Source: Takakia lepidozioides
Taxonomy: Eukaryota; Plantae; Bryophyta
Assembly: GCA_030704615.1 (NCBI GenBank)
Contig: CM060731.1
Span: forward strand, 94,612,001-94,676,000
Direction of reading: 5' to 3'
Length of the DNA: 64,000 nucleotides
Shown here: positions 62,760-64,000 of the stretch, piece by piece
Position numbering within the stretch: the first letter of the stretch is position 1
How the letters are laid out: each line of letters starts with the position of its first letter
Program-made: the position numbers and the translations under genes
Notes under the pieces: model-generated
The model's input: the letters and a program-made list of their open reading frames with translations, nothing else
Told to the model about the DNA's origin: nothing
Databases searched by the model: none

Positions 62760-64000
62760 GCCCCAACCCCCACCCCTCAGCCCCGAATCTTCTCCCCGCT
62801 ACCACAACGCAACATTGCTGCATTCCAAAATCACTTCCAACCAACTGCCTCAATCCTCACGCTTAAACTCTCGCACATCCTTTCTGACACTAACCTATCG
62901 CACTCTCCTGAGGCCACATGAGCCTGAGCAAGAAATATTACTAGAAAAACAAGCATGAGGAGAGAAGCAAACTAGCAAAAAATTCTAGAAGCTTGAGTGA
63001 ATGCAGAGCGCACACTATCATCCTTAATACAAGAAATGACAAAAAGCGTCATTGCCACATGTTCTGCCCCCCTTGACATTTGTCAAAACACCCGTTCCAA
63101 ACAAAATGGTGGTTACCTTACCAGATCACAAAAACGTGCTTGGAACTCCCACCTCAACATTTCACAACACCGTTCGTCAGGCTCTCACTATCGTACCCAA
63201 CTCGTCACTACCCTCACTTTATAATAACTGGAGCTCTGACCCCCGCATCACCAGCCTAAATACCCTCTCTGACTGCCGTGCCCTCATGCCTCCCCCTGAA
63301 GACCCTGCCACCCTCCCCACCTGGATTGCTGCCCTATCCAAACTTGGCAGAGAATCCAAAAAAGTAGCCTACATAACCAAACAAAAAGCTATGGACAATC
63401 ACAAAAAACTTGTTGCCTCCTTCAACCAGCTACTACATGACCATCCCAAAAAAGCTCACAAAGCCATTTTCAATCCTGCACTAAACCCTCCCATTGACTG
63501 CCTCAAGCATAGGCTTGGCCACTTATTAACTAAACTTGATGACATCAAGAACGAGATATGGATCCAAGCTTCAGTCTCATACACGCCCACTACCACCAAC
63601 TGTTTACACCCAAACCATCACAACCAAAATTGCATGTGTAAAGTCAAGCACTATCCGTGGCATGATCTAGACGGTTTTACACTAGACCGACAAGGCTCCC
63701 CCTCCCATCACATCTAGGACCTCTTTACAATTAACCTATATGACTTATGCCTAAAAGCCCTGTCCAATCTAAAGCCCCTGATCCTGACCTGATCCCGAAT
63801 GCAATCCTCCAAGCACTTGACCCTCATCTTCATCTTCTCCTCTTCAAATTCTTTAAACTTTGCTATCAACTATAGAGGATACCACACTCTTGGAAGCATA
63901 GCCGTACCATTTTATTATTTAAAAAGGGGGACCCTACAGACCTTAGTAACTACAGACCTATAGCCCTCGCAAACACCATCTATAAACTCTTCACCATCAC
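62760..64000 (+). mobile_element. Non-LTR retrotransposon (LINE) ORF2 fragment entering the RT domain; continues past the window
   Basis: KAPDPDLIPN...[39 protein letters not shown], with stops and frameshifts. Confidence 0.85.

Overview
Eukaryotic, intron-containing DNA made mostly of nested transposons. A non-seed land plant is inferred from the element types and a spliced peptidoglycan-amidase gene. From left to right: the 3' end of a Ty3/gypsy chromovirus with its LTR, a ~370-bp satellite, pieces of CACTA/EnSpm elements (one carrying a SET domain), an unclassified ~1.7-kb repeat in several copies, more gypsy and LINE relics, and a host gene for an Amidase_3-type N-acetylmuramoyl-L-alanine amidase near 60 kb. 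The main find is an 11.4-kb Mutator-like DNA transposon (15105-26459) with short TIRs and an 8-9 bp near-perfect TSD. It carries two divergent spliced genes. One is a GCM-like/MULE-DDE/SWIM transposase. The other is a 10-exon gene fusing a ParB/Srx-like (DGNHR) domain to a beta-class N4-cytosine/N6-adenine DNA methyltransferase fold, and two of its introns are studded with 22-bp palindromes. A second, diverged and decayed element with the same layout lies at ~39.4-43.8 kb: MTase exons with the same intron positions, an array of a different 16-bp palindrome, then a SWIM transposase tail. This suggests a transposon family with its own ParB/MTase-plus-palindrome system. All domain calls come from manual motif recognition; no searches were run.
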